Positions 45,683 to 55,187 are shown, counted from the first letter of the stretch. The stretch: 55,907 nt of DNA from Gallionella sp. (GCA_041629915.1 JBFKMJ010000001.1:1-55907); one strand, 5' to 3'. Notes: generated by a model from the sequence alone, not told the origin. Program-made: numbers and translations.

Positions 45683-48015
45683 CGCTGAAACGCCTGTCCA
45701 TTGGGTGCCCGTCCGGCAGGTTCCACGCTCGGCGTGGCCACCTGCGGCGCGCGGCTGGCCTGCATCGCCAGCGCCACCTGGGTTTTCAGTTTGGCGCTCT
45801 CCTTGGCCAGCGCCACCTTCAGGTCGTCGGCGTTCATCGCCTGCTCACCGGAAAGCTGCGCCTGCGCGATCTGCGCCTCGATGCTCTTTTCCCATTGCTT
45901 CAGCGCACGATCCAGTTCGGCCTGCTGCGCCTCAAAGGCGAGCTTCATCTGCAATGCCTGCTGTTCGCCTTGCGCTTCGAGCTGCTTTTCCTGCCCTCTG
46001 GCCTGCGCGTTCAGTTGCGCCACCTGTATCCTCGGATCGGGCGGCGGTTGTCTTTGCGCCATCTGCTGCTTTTTCTCGTCGGACAGCTTGAGCTTGTCCG
46101 CGTCGAACCGCTGCGCCTTGAGGAATTCCTGCATCACCATTTCCGGGTCGAGGCCGAAGGCAGGGTTGACCGCCGCATTAAGCATCTGCAACAGCACCTG
46201 CGACTGCATGTCGCGCTCGATCAACGCGGATGAGCCTCTGGCGTCGATGGTGTAGTCACCCTTCATCGAATCGTCATCGCCGTACATCAAGAGCCACTCG
46301 TAGTACCTGCCGATGTGCGGCTCGGTGATCTGGTCGTCGAACACCCGGGCGATGCGGCGCAATACGCTGGAAGCGTTGTTGTTGAGCATGGTCATGCCGC
46401 CCACGGTGTCCGGCGCCTTGCCCAGTTGTCCCTGCAGCAGCATCGGCAGGCCGGTCTCATCCTCGGCGCGCTGCATCCAGAACTGGATGATGTTCATCAG
46501 CTCGACCTGCATCGACGGCGCGAGTATCCAGGTGAAGGCGTCGCGGATGTTACCGCCGTCGTAGTTATCAGTGGTGTAATAGACCTTGTGCGGGCCGACC
46601 GTCCAGTTGCCGTCGGCCGGCACCACCTTGCTGCGGTCGATAATCAGCACAGGTGCGCCGGATACACCGGCGTTGTCCATCATGTTTCTGGTGGCGGCAT
46701 TCACGCCGTCCTGGCTGGTGCGCATCTGTCGGGCTACACCGATGCCCGCCCAGTGTCCCGCGCGCCTTTGCCACGGCATCACGTCATACGGGAATTCGCC
46801 GGAGTCCAGCGGTTGCAGGGTGGCCTTGACGATAACATCGTTGACCATCACCGCAATGGCCGGATGCTGTTCATCATCACAGCCGCATTCCTGCGTTTCC
46901 GCCATTTCCATCAAACCCTCTTCCGGCTGTTTATCGAACTCATAACCCGCCGTTTCCAGGTCTTTTTTGGATAAATAGCCGGTGTAGTACCAGATCTCGT
47001 ACAGTTCCTTGTCGTTCGGGCGCTCGCCCTTGTTGCGGCGCGACTCGCCGGTCAGGATGCTCTTCGGCCCTTCGTCCAGCACGCGGTCGATGGCGTCCTT
47101 GTCATAGCTCGGATCGCGCTTGAGCTCGCCCAACTGGCGCGCATTGATGGTGTCGCGTTCCCAGACGTACTTGCCGTTGTGGATCGACTCGCCGCAGGAC
47201 GGGTCGGGATACAGGTTCCACACGTCTATCCTGCGACTCTTCGGCGCGATCTCGTCCTGAATGGTGATGCCGGTGCCTTCCAGCGCCTGCACCACCGCCC
47301 GTCTGCGCGTGGACTCAGGGAACGGGCCTTTGATAACGCCTGAACCCAGCCTGGCCGAGTCTTCAATGACCTGCCGCCCCTCGCCGTGATAGCCGCACTG
47401 CACCAGCCAGTCGTCGATCTGCTTTTCCGCCTTCTCTGCCGCAAGTTTGGCGCGCTTCATCACTTCCCTGGCCATATCGGCATTGGTCGCCTGCTGCATT
47501 GCGGGCTGCCCGTTGGGTAGCATCACCGGCCGCCCGGTCTGGTCAACCGGCGCTTTCATGATCGGCTGTCCGCCCTGGCCGAAGGCCGGGCTACTGTCTT
47601 CTTCCACCTGGATCATGTCCGGGATCGGCGTCGGGCGGATGGCGTAGTTGCGATCATCGGTCGGGAACAGCATGTCCGCCACCTTGGCCGAGGCGGCGTT
47701 CACATACGGGCGGGTGATGTTGACGAACACGGTCGAGCGCGAGGTCTTGCGCTCGCGGGTGCGTTCCACCCTGACCCGTCCGTCCGGCGAGGACGGCTTG
47801 ATCTTGCGCTCACCGCGGTTGGCATCGTCAATGCCCTCAAAGTATTCCTCGTCTTCCAGCCATTCGTCCTCGATGCCGGAAGAAGCCCTGCCCTTGATCG
47901 CCTCGTCGCGCAAGCCCTTGAGCGCGCCGGCCAGTGCAGCCATCTGCGTGCGGCGGCGCTCTTCCTCGGCGCGTGCGACATCCTCGTCAACGACGATCTC
48001 TTGTTCGATCTGCAT
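45679..48015 (-). CDS. Portal protein
   Basis: 778 aa; STVFVNITRP, YPDP, C-terminal coiled coil; located between terL and the scaffold. Confidence 0.8.
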   Translation of the reverse strand: MQIEQEIVVDEDVARAEEERRRTQMAALAGALKGLRDEAIKGRASSGIEDEWLEDEEYFEGIDDANRGERKIKPSSPDGRVRVERTRERKTSRSTVFVNITRPYVNAASAKVADMLFPTDDRNYAIRPTPIPDMIQVEEDSSPAFGQGGQPIMKAPVDQTGRPVMLPNGQPAMQQATNADMAREVMKRAKLAAEKAEKQIDDWLVQCGYHGEGRQVIEDSARLGSGVIKGPFPESTRRRAVVQALEGTGITIQDEIAPKSRRIDVWNLYPDPSCGESIHNGKYVWERDTINARQLGELKRDPSYDKDAIDRVLDEGPKSILTGESRRNKGERPNDKELYEIWYYTGYLSKKDLETAGYEFDKQPEEGLMEMAETQECGCDDEQHPAIAVMVNDVIVKATLQPLDSGEFPYDVMPWQRRAGHWAGIGVARQMRTSQDGVNAATRNMMDNAGVSGAPVLIIDRSKVVPADGNWTVGPHKVYYTTDNYDGGNIRDAFTWILAPSMQVELMNIIQFWMQRAEDETGLPMLLQGQLGKAPDTVGGMTMLNNNASSVLRRIARVFDDQITEPHIGRYYEWLLMYGDDDSMKGDYTIDARGSSALIERDMQSQVLLQMLNAAVNPAFGLDPEMVMQEFLKAQRFDADKLKLSDEKKQQMAQRQPPPDPRIQVAQLNAQARGQEKQLEAQGEQQALQMKLAFEAQQAELDRALKQWEKSIEAQIAQAQLSGEQAMNADDLKVALAKESAKLKTQVALAMQASRAPQVATPSVEPAGRAPNGQAFQR

Positions 48016-48028
48016 GGAATTCCTTTCG

Positions 48029-48238
48029 TTAGCGCCTGCTGCGGCGGCGCATCAGAATGATTGGGCTGCCCTTGTTGGTCGCATCGGTCAGTAAATGCTG
48101 TGCCGCCGTCCCTGTTGGCAGGCCGGAATAGTTGACCAGTGCCTCACCGGCGGTCGCCCCGGCGCCGATCACCAGCAATAGCGCCCCGGCAGTGCCGGAT
48201 GCGCCTGCCAGCAGTTTCAGTCGTTCACCGGCGGTCAT
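48029..48238 (-). CDS. Hypothetical protein
   Basis: ATGA-coupled ORF. Confidence 0.5.
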   Translation of the reverse strand: MTAGERLKLLAGASGTAGALLLVIGAGATAGEALVNYSGLPTGTAAQHLLTDATNKGSPIILMRRRSRR

Positions 48239-48864
48239 GGCAAGGTCTTATTCCACACGCCGGCGGCGATCGACGGAATGTTGATGTAACCCGACAGGTC
48301 AACCGTCGCGCCCGCCGACTCATCCATGATGCCGCCCGTGCCGCGCACGAAGATGTTGCCGCCGGTGCAGGTGTCGTGCAGATGCGCATAGCCGGTGTTG
48401 ATGCCCAGCACCACATGGCCTGCGGTCAGGTTTTCCACGCCGATGCCGCCGCTGAAATTGCGGATGCCGACACTCACATTGCCGTTGCAGATGATGTACG
48501 GATGAGCGTTGCCGGGCATCGCCGAGAATCCATCCAGCATCTCGATCGTGCCGTCCGTCACCGTCGATACGTGGCCGCGATAGGTGCAGGCGATATGCTC
48601 GCCTTCGGCGTTATACAAACCGGAAACAGGGATGTTGCAGCGCACAAAGTGAGCATCACCGCCCTGCGTCCCGTGAATTACCAAATCCTCGAACACCGCG
48701 CCGACATTTGAACATCCAGCGGTCAGCGTGATGTCTGCCGCCTCATGGGTCACCGCCTTGATGTGGTAGCCGTCGATCACGTCGGATGCGCCGAACGTCC
48801 ATGCGCCATTCACATACAGAATCTTGAATCCGCGCGATGCGGCGATAGTCAGCGCATCACGTTC
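48235..48864 (-). pseudogene. Hypothetical structural gene, possibly 5'-truncated (first start codon GTG 48813)
   Basis: Protein-like frame ERDALTIAASRGFKILYVNG... extends upstream of the GTG with no ATG or clear RBS. Confidence 0.4.
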
Positions 48865-49252
48865 TCATTGGTGTGGGCAGCCGCAGTAACAGCTTCACGG
48901 TCAGGCTGGTGGTGGCGTCGCCGGCGGTGATCTCCGGCTTGATGAACTGCGTCAGTTCGGTGATCTGCTCCAGACTGTCCGCCGTTTTGGTGATGGCATT
49001 GCCCTGCGGGTCGGTCAACGGGTAGTAATTCGTCCCGTCATTGCTGCCCTTGAGGGTGATGCTGCCGCCGCCCCAGGTGCCGAAAATGGTCACCGAGCGA
49101 TCCGAGAAGCGGCACAACTCGACCGGCGAACCGATGTCGTATTCCTACACCTCGTTGGGCGGATCGGTGTCGATCACGATCATGGGCGTCCAGGTGACCA
49201 GTTTGGCCGTGCCGTCAGCCAGTTGGGCGATGGTGGGTGCGATGGTGGCCAT
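48857..49252 (-). pseudogene. Paralogue of 49256-49630 with an in-frame TAG at 49147-49145
   Basis: MATIAPT...VTWTP...NEV*EYDIGSPVE...GSNDG...PMRT, all in one frame. Confidence 0.75.
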
Positions 49253-49255
49253 GTC

Positions 49256-49630
49256 TTACGTCCTCATCGGGTTGGCGCGGCGCATCACCAGCGTCGCGGT
49301 CAGCGAGGTAGTGCCGTCGCCGGCTGATACGAACGGGCGCACATACTGGGTAATTTCCAGCACCGCCTCGATACCGGCGGCGCCTTTGGATATGGCCGTA
49401 CCCTGCGGATCTGACAGGTCGAACCAGTTGCTGCCGTCGTTGCTGCCCTGCAGCTTGATGGTGCCGCCAGTGCCAAATGTGCCGTTGAACTGGATGGTGC
49501 GGTCTGCGTACTGAACCCACTCGATCGCAGCGCCATCGGCATTGGTGGTGGTGAGCGGCGTCCAGACGACCTTGCGGATCGAGCCGTCGCCTGCGATGTC
49601 GGTGTTTGAAGTTGCCTGTACTGTGGCCAT
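49256..49630 (-). CDS. Small beta-rich putative structural protein
   Basis: GTFG.GGTIKLQGSNDG.NW..L.DPQG; GGGAG RBS. Confidence 0.7.
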   Translation of the reverse strand: MATVQATSNTDIAGDGSIRKVVWTPLTTTNADGAAIEWVQYADRTIQFNGTFGTGGTIKLQGSNDGSNWFDLSDPQGTAISKGAAGIEAVLEITQYVRPFVSAGDGTTSLTATLVMRRANPMRT

Positions 49631-50020
49631 ATATGGCTCCCGTATTAGAAAATAATAATATTCTGATATACCAGCCTTCAGCCGTGATCCGCGTCCTCTG
49701 CACCCATAAGAGGGCGAGGACGCCACCGTATTACCCATCAGCTATATCGGGCTGCTCCCGTCTGCCCCACCGTATATTAGAATTCTCTAATATGCCCGTA
49801 GTCGGCGTGAAATGTGCATCGATATGGGTTTATTGCGTCATCACGTTTTAGATGGCGCGGGTTGGATCATGCCCCGGTGTCTCGCTGTTTCGTTCCTATC
49901 TGGCCAGCGATAGGCCGCTATATCGTTTAATGTTGTCAGGTCAGGAGTACCTATTTCAGCTTTTGCTTATATTAGCCGTTTCTTATATTAGCCGTTTCTT
50001 ATGCAGCTTGTCCTGCAATG

Positions 50021-50042
50021 AAAAAACCGCCCGAAGGCGGTT
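50021..50042 (-). terminator. Intrinsic terminator after terL
   Basis: ACCGCC-TTCG-GGCGG followed by a T-run on the minus strand. Confidence 0.8.
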
Positions 50043-50076
50043 GATGTGTTAATTCCGTGGTAATTCCGTGGTGCTT

Positions 50077-51516
50077 TCAATATCCCATCGAGTTGGATAG
50101 CGTCTCGAATTCGTGCCGCGCTTCGGGCTTTCTGGCCTGCACCCTGGCTTTGCGCAGCATCATGATGGCGTACCTGGTGGCGCTCATCAGGTCATCGCCT
50201 TCCTTGACCAGCTTGCCGTCCTTGCGGTGGTACAACCTGAACTCTTCCCACCAGTCATGCAGGTGTTTGGCCACCTTGAGCCTGCCAGTCTGCATCCGGT
50301 CCAGCATGTCCATAATGCCGGCCTCGACACCATTGCCGCCGTCTTCGAAGGTGGCACGATCCTTTAGCATATTTACGCCGTATTTGCGGTATTGCTCGGC
50401 CAACTGTTCGCCGGAACCCTTGTCATGCTGAAGGCCGTCATGCGGCCAGGACACCGGTATCCAGTCACCCTTCGCCTTCAGGGTCAGCGCATGGATCATC
50501 GGCGTGGCTTCCTTGACGCGATAGGCGTCATATACATGCACGGTGTCGGTATCACGATCCCATGCCATCCACACAGCAGCTGTCGGGTGATCCCAGCCGA
50601 AGTCTATGCCGCAAATACGCGGCCAGTGTGGCATCAGCGTCACCGGCAGCTCGCGGATGATCTCTTCAGCCACCGGGAAAACCCTGCCCGATCCCAGTGT
50701 CGGAATGCCCATGGCTCTTGCCTCGCGCTCGTGCGCAGGGTAGCTGGCGATGATCGCCTCGCGCTGTGCATCCGTGTAATGCAGCGCATCGAATATCGTC
50801 ATGTTGGTGACGTGTGTGCCGGCCACCTTGTCAATCAGGAAACGCTTTACCACGTCAGACATGCCCAGCAACGGCGTAAACGTCAGCCAGACAATGCCCT
50901 GTGTGGCGTTGGTGCGCGTCAGCCCTTCGCTGTAAATGTCCATCGGCGGCTCTTCATCAAACCAGACGAAGTCCAGCGTTTCGCCTTGAAAGCGCTCGCG
51001 TCCCTGGTCGTAGCTTTTCAGCGTCACGCGACTGGTGCCGCCGCTGACATGCTTGACCAGAATGGACTCAACCGCGTCCGCTACGCCATGGGCGGCGCGC
51101 TTAATGTCAATGATGCTCGCCTTGGGTATCGCACCAGTGCCGAACGCGCCAGGCTGTCCCAGCAGCATCCTTTGCACCGTGTCCCTTGTCACCTGGCTGG
51201 TCAGGGATGCGCACCAGCCGGTAACAGGCTGATCGAATACCGCGCCATTCCAGTCCTTCGGATACCATCCGGTCAGGTGAAATGCCGTCTCGTGAGCGGC
51301 AGCGAGTGTTTTGCCGAGCTGGTTGCCGGCCTTCAACAGGCGCTCTCGCACCGCCATGTCAGCGCCGGCAGCATGAAACTCCAACTGTTTTGGATACGGT
51401 TTGTACCCATACATGCGCTTCTCAGCCAGCCGGGCTGAAATTTCAGTGGCGAGTGCTGTTTGTGCCTGCGGCGACATGCAAGCCAGCTTGGCCAGTAACT
51501 GTTTCGAGTGCGTCAT
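50077..51516 (-). CDS. terL: Terminase large subunit (P22-like)
   Basis: AGNQLGKT Walker A, VWFDEEP Walker B, TFTP, GIDFGWDHP, DDLMSATRYA. Confidence 0.93.
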   Translation of the reverse strand: MTHSKQLLAKLACMSPQAQTALATEISARLAEKRMYGYKPYPKQLEFHAAGADMAVRERLLKAGNQLGKTLAAAHETAFHLTGWYPKDWNGAVFDQPVTGWCASLTSQVTRDTVQRMLLGQPGAFGTGAIPKASIIDIKRAAHGVADAVESILVKHVSGGTSRVTLKSYDQGRERFQGETLDFVWFDEEPPMDIYSEGLTRTNATQGIVWLTFTPLLGMSDVVKRFLIDKVAGTHVTNMTIFDALHYTDAQREAIIASYPAHEREARAMGIPTLGSGRVFPVAEEIIRELPVTLMPHWPRICGIDFGWDHPTAAVWMAWDRDTDTVHVYDAYRVKEATPMIHALTLKAKGDWIPVSWPHDGLQHDKGSGEQLAEQYRKYGVNMLKDRATFEDGGNGVEAGIMDMLDRMQTGRLKVAKHLHDWWEEFRLYHRKDGKLVKEGDDLMSATRYAIMMLRKARVQARKPEARHEFETLSNSMGY

Positions 51517-51835
51517 TCAATGTGACCAGATCATCATGTCCCAAACCCTCCAGCGGCCCGGTGCGGACTTCCTTGCGCTCGGTCGGTTTGCCATAAGCGC
51601 GCTCAACAATACTCAGCGCTGCCGATAGCCTTACCGAGTCCTGTTTGGCTGTCAGCATCAAGCTCTCAATGGTTTTCAGTGCTGCCGGTGCCTTTTCCTT
51701 GCACGCAGCTATCAGCTCAAACTCTTCTTGAGTGCGCTTTGGGCGACCGCCAGGATTACCACACTGACCAGGCTTGAACGATGCCTTTGTTGCCGCGCGC
51801 TTCTTGGCTGTTTTTTGGCTGTTCTCAGGCTGCAT
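51443..51835 (-). CDS. Terminase small subunit (DUF5681-like)
   Basis: FKPGQCGNPGGRPK; directly upstream of terL. Confidence 0.7.
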   Translation of the reverse strand: MQPENSQKTAKKRAATKASFKPGQCGNPGGRPKRTQEEFELIAACKEKAPAALKTIESLMLTAKQDSVRLSAALSIVERAYGKPTERKEVRTGPLEGLGHDDLVTLNDALETVTGQAGLHVAAGTNSTRH

Positions 51836-52337
51836 TGTGTTTCACCTTGCTCTCACATAAACGTATTGTTTCGTGTATGTCATTAAGTATGACGTTATAA
51901 AGGCTTATTTCGTAATTGCTTCGGTATTTTTCATCAAACCAAACCATAAACGGTTTAACTTTAGCCAATAATCTTTTGGCTTTCATTAGGCTGTTTTCCA
52001 TATAACTTAATCGAACACTGCCGCCGCCAAGCGCTATGTTGGTAAGGTCATCAAACGCAAATATCTGCTCTTTCTCTACCGCATACGCTTCAGACTCGTC
52101 ATTGAAGCGTCCAACAACAAAATACTCAACGCACTTTCCATCTTTCAATATGGAGTTGATACGTTCCGTCTTTGCTAAATTACTCACCCTACCATTACGC
52201 GCATCAGCCTCATGCTGATACATTCTTTTGCCCTTGCCTTTACCAACATAAAATACAGCCCCACATCTTGGGTCTATTAAATGATATACATACCATTCGC
52301 ACTGACAGAACTTTTCCTGTTTCGGTGTAAGTGGCAT
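51825..52337 (-). CDS. GIY-YIG (LEM-3-like) endonuclease with a TerS-like first 12 residues
   Basis: YVYHLIDPR..VFYVGKG.G.R..QH, E.EAY..E...I, LTN; AT-rich. Confidence 0.8.
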   Translation of the reverse strand: MPLTPKQEKFCQCEWYVYHLIDPRCGAVFYVGKGKGKRMYQHEADARNGRVSNLAKTERINSILKDGKCVEYFVVGRFNDESEAYAVEKEQIFAFDDLTNIALGGGSVRLSYMENSLMKAKRLLAKVKPFMVWFDEKYRSNYEISLYNVILNDIHETIRLCESKVKHNAA

Positions 52338-52529
52338 TATTTTCGCACCGCCACTAATTGGTTGATATTTGTCATGGTTTCACCTGTTTGCCTATTTTTT
52401 GAGCGGTCAGGACGCGCTGTGGCGGCCTGCTGATGTGTGGTTGATACCCTAGCCTATCCGTTTTATGGGTAGAGTTTTACCGATGCCATTGAGTGAATGG
52501 GTTTCATGGCTTATCCACCTCACTTGTCT

Positions 52530-52811
52530 TCACTTGAATTTATCCTGTTTCCCGTCCAGCTTGGCTTCGATCCTGAGCAGTGAACTCTTGATCTCGCTCA
52601 TGCCGTCGCGGTACTGCGCCTCGATCTTGGCTCTGGCCTCTGCCGCATGGGCGATCTGCGCCTCAATGACGCTGACGCGGGTGTCCATCTGCATCGCCCA
52701 GGCGAAAACACTTCCGGCCAATGCCACTGTGGTGATGATATGACCTACGCTGATGCTCTTTTCCAGGTGCCATTGGTGCGCCCTTCTGTCTTCGCCGTTG
52801 TATTCGTACAT
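52530..52811 (-). CDS. Membrane / coiled-coil protein (possible holin or lysis accessory)
   Basis: One TM segment followed by a coiled coil. Confidence 0.5.
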   Translation of the reverse strand: MYEYNGEDRRAHQWHLEKSISVGHIITTVALAGSVFAWAMQMDTRVSVIEAQIAHAAEARAKIEAQYRDGMSEIKSSLLRIEAKLDGKQDKFK

Positions 52812-52814
52812 TGT

Positions 52815-53069
52815 TCACCTCGCCATTTTTATGCCGGCATCCTGATACCAGCCCTTGCGCTTGCAGATGTGCGCCAGCACCCTCAGCGGGCTGGGCACGG
52901 CAGACCAGATGCCGCGTATTGCCTGCCCGTTAACGATATAGGTCGCGCCATTGAAGAACTCAAGCCGATCCTGCCTGATCCTATAGCGGCCGTCCGGGTA
53001 TGCCGCCTTTTCAACAAGCAGGCTGTCACCGGCGCGCAGCCTTCCAATGACTTCAGCGATGCGCATCAT
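52815..53069 (-). CDS. Hypothetical protein
   Basis: ORF in the late operon. Confidence 0.45.
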   Translation of the reverse strand: MMRIAEVIGRLRAGDSLLVEKAAYPDGRYRIRQDRLEFFNGATYIVNGQAIRGIWSAVPSPLRVLAHICKRKGWYQDAGIKMAR

Positions 53070-53496
53070 TCGCCCTTATGGCGTCGTTGTTGAGGGTGTC
53101 GCACCGCTCGATAAACTCTCCAGCCCTTTTTTGAAACGCTGCAAATTCAGCATCCATTGCGTCTGAAAATAGCCGGGCGGCTCGGTCCGGATCGCCTCCA
53201 TCTTCGGCAGGGTCGGACACGGGACAGGTTGGAAAGTTGATGCGCAGCCCGTCAAGCTGACGAGACAGATGGCGAATGGTGCGAGTGTTCTTGTCATGGT
53301 CGGCTCCTGCTTTAACGATACGCTCTGCATAGGCCAGCAGCGCCAGCCGGTTCTGTTCTTGCTGCTGGATGACGACTTTTTGCTGGTTTTCGTGTTCTTT
53401 GGCGATCACGCCCTGATAATGGGTTGAGGTGATCCACCATGCCGGAAATGCGCCGGATGCCAGGCCGATGAGCAGGGCTATCAGATATGGGTTCAT
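53053..53496 (-). CDS. Rz-like inner-membrane spanin
   Basis: N-terminal TM plus helical periplasmic part; contains an embedded lipoprotein gene. Confidence 0.7.
   Translation of the reverse strand: MNPYLIALLIGLASGAFPAWWITSTHYQGVIAKEHENQQKVVIQQQEQNRLALLAYAERIVKAGADHDKNTRTIRHLSRQLDGLRINFPTCPVSDPAEDGGDPDRAARLFSDAMDAEFAAFQKRAGEFIERCDTLNNDAIRANDAHR
53076..53297 (-). CDS. Rz1-like outer-membrane lipoprotein spanin embedded in Rz
   Basis: MTRTLAPFAICLVSLTG-C lipobox; Pro-rich mature part; alternate frame inside Rz. Confidence 0.75.
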   Translation of the reverse strand: MTRTLAPFAICLVSLTGCASTFQPVPCPTLPKMEAIRTEPPGYFQTQWMLNLQRFKKGLESLSSGATPSTTTP

Positions 53497-53651
53497 ATCG
53501 CCGCCAGCGTAGGCAGCAGCCACACCAGGATCGCCGAGCAGACGATCAGCAGGATGATGTCATCGCGGCTCATCTTCGTCGCCCAGCAGCCATAGTGCGG
53601 CCAGCACGCAAAAGAACGTAGCGACCAGCAACATCAAGGTTGTCTCATCCA

Positions 53652-53846
53652 TTACTTCTTATCGAGCGGCAGGGTTGTCACCACGCGCAGGATCGCCACC
53701 ACAATGCCGACGATGATGGTCAGAAAGCCCATCGCCTGCGGTGTTAAGTAGGGCGTAAATACGTCCAGGCTGGCCTGAATTGCGCCGAGAACTGCCAGCG
53801 ATAGGGCAAACATCATGGTTTTGGAACGGATGATCTGCTGGAACAT
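53652..53846 (-). CDS. Holin-like two-TM protein
   Basis: RSKT..F...; two hydrophobic helices; LR.VTT.PL..K; adjacent to the endolysin. Confidence 0.65.
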   Translation of the reverse strand: MFQQIIRSKTMMFALSLAVLGAIQASLDVFTPYLTPQAMGFLTIIVGIVVAILRVVTTLPLDKK

Positions 53847-53854
53847 AAAGCCTC

Positions 53855-54292
53855 CTATGGATGAAGTCCGTGAAAGGTGCCGTGTGCGTTGATGGTAAAG
53901 ACCTTCTTGTCCGTGCCAAGCTGGAAGTGAATCCAGCCGCTGCCGGTGGTCGGGTTGTAGAATTCCAGTATCAGCTTGCCCCAGATCAGCTCGCTCTTGA
54001 TGATGCGCTCGCAGATCGCCAGCGGTGTGCCGTAGCTCGGACAGATGAAGTCCGCCGCCAGACCTTCACGGTGTTTGCTCGTTTCCTTGCTACCGACCGC
54101 CTTGTTTACCTCTTTCGAGCGATAGCATGAGTTGACGATGATCGGCTTGCCGCCCAGAAGCTCGCGGATGCGTTCCAGCTTTTCCGCCATGCGCTTCAGG
54201 TTCGGCAATATCCCCGGCGGCGGCGTGTTGTCATACTTGCGAATTTCCGTCTTGGTCAACTCGGCAAGCGTGAAGTGGCTGGTTAAATGCAC
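53855..54292 (-). CDS. Endolysin, peptidase M15A family
   Basis: LTSHFTLAELT, SCYRS..VN.AVG...TS.H..G.AAD, WIH. Confidence 0.88.
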   Translation of the reverse strand: MHLTSHFTLAELTKTEIRKYDNTPPPGILPNLKRMAEKLERIRELLGGKPIIVNSCYRSKEVNKAVGSKETSKHREGLAADFICPSYGTPLAICERIIKSELIWGKLILEFYNPTTGSGWIHFQLGTDKKVFTINAHGTFHGLHP

Positions 54293-54319
54293 GCGGTCTC
54301 CTTTTGTTGTGACGGACGT

Positions 54320-54345
54320 AAAAAAAGCCCGCATGAGCGAGCTTG
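54320..54345 (-). terminator. tR'-like terminator between the late promoter and the lysis genes
   Basis: AAGCTCGC-TCAT-GCGGGC followed by T7. Confidence 0.75.
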
Positions 54346-54423
54346 TAAAATTCAGGGCGAGTTTATCCACGTCCCTAGAAAAGCGGCTTGTTCCGTAAGC
54401 CGGTGCCGGTAATTCTTGCGCGA

Positions 54424-54451
54424 ATTATAGCAGCGTGTTCTTTGCTGTCAA
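54424..54451 (-). promoter_or_regulatory. pR'-like late promoter
   Basis: TTGACA(54451-54446)-16 bp-TATAAT(54429-54424). Confidence 0.85.
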
Positions 54452-54468
54452 GTGGTTAGCGCGGGCTG

Positions 54469-54714
54469 TTAAAGTGGTTTATCATTCAATTCATCAATCA
54501 CATCCATCCATGCCGGATAGTCTGCCATGCTTTCAAATGTGAACATGTGCATGTCGCGGTTGTGACGTTCGCGGCCATACATATACGCAGCGAATAAATG
54601 TGTTGCTACAATTTGCCTTTGCTCGTCTGAGATGCCTTCCAGCTTGAACATGCAAGATGCAAACAGCGGGCTGCACTCAAATGATTTGCGTATTTCGTCT
54701 TCTTTGTTTGTCAT
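54469..54714 (-). CDS. Hypothetical protein
   Basis: ATGA-coupled; GGAGG RBS. Confidence 0.65.
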   Translation of the reverse strand: MTNKEDEIRKSFECSPLFASCMFKLEGISDEQRQIVATHLFAAYMYGRERHNRDMHMFTFESMADYPAWMDVIDELNDKPL

Positions 54715-55187
54715 TTCAGTTCCTCCAGTGCTTTGCGGCAGGCTTCATTCCTACGCTCAACCATCCTGTCATACTCAGCAAGGGTTACAGAACTGTGGCT
54801 ACCGCTAGCAAAGTATTTTGCGTCATCAATCAAAGTCTCCACCATTATAGTCTTTGGCTTGGGTGGGTTCCATGAGCAATACTGTATATCTTCAAGCACT
54901 CCACCACTAAACTCTGGGCTTGTTCCTTCAAGCGCATGTTGATTTGTGTTGGCTGCGGTAAACTTCACGCCAGTCCTATCATACAACTCATCTCCAACAA
55001 ATACAAGCTTGCCTTCTACTACTGCGATGGGGAATCTATAATTGGTTGGAAGCGATTTCAACGCTATCAACATTGGTATTTGATAGTGCAAGCATTCGTT
55101 GTACTTGTAACAAGGCTCAATCCCCGCAGCCTCGCACATCTTTACGCTGTCAACCCACTCTTGTAACTTATCTGTGTATTTGCTCAT
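54711..55187 (-). CDS. Hypothetical protein
   Basis: ATGA-coupled; AAGGA RBS; AT-rich. Confidence 0.7.
   Translation of the reverse strand: MSKYTDKLQEWVDSVKMCEAAGIEPCYKYNECLHYQIPMLIALKSLPTNYRFPIAVVEGKLVFVGDELYDRTGVKFTAANTNQHALEGTSPEFSGGVLEDIQYCSWNPPKPKTIMVETLIDDAKYFASGSHSSVTLAEYDRMVERRNEACRKALEELK

Noticed and set aside
49145-49147. Genome-wide TAG reassignment
   Set aside because: Other genes end at TAG at the expected position (ssb after DDSIPF, repressor), long genes are uninterrupted, and no suppressor tRNA is seen
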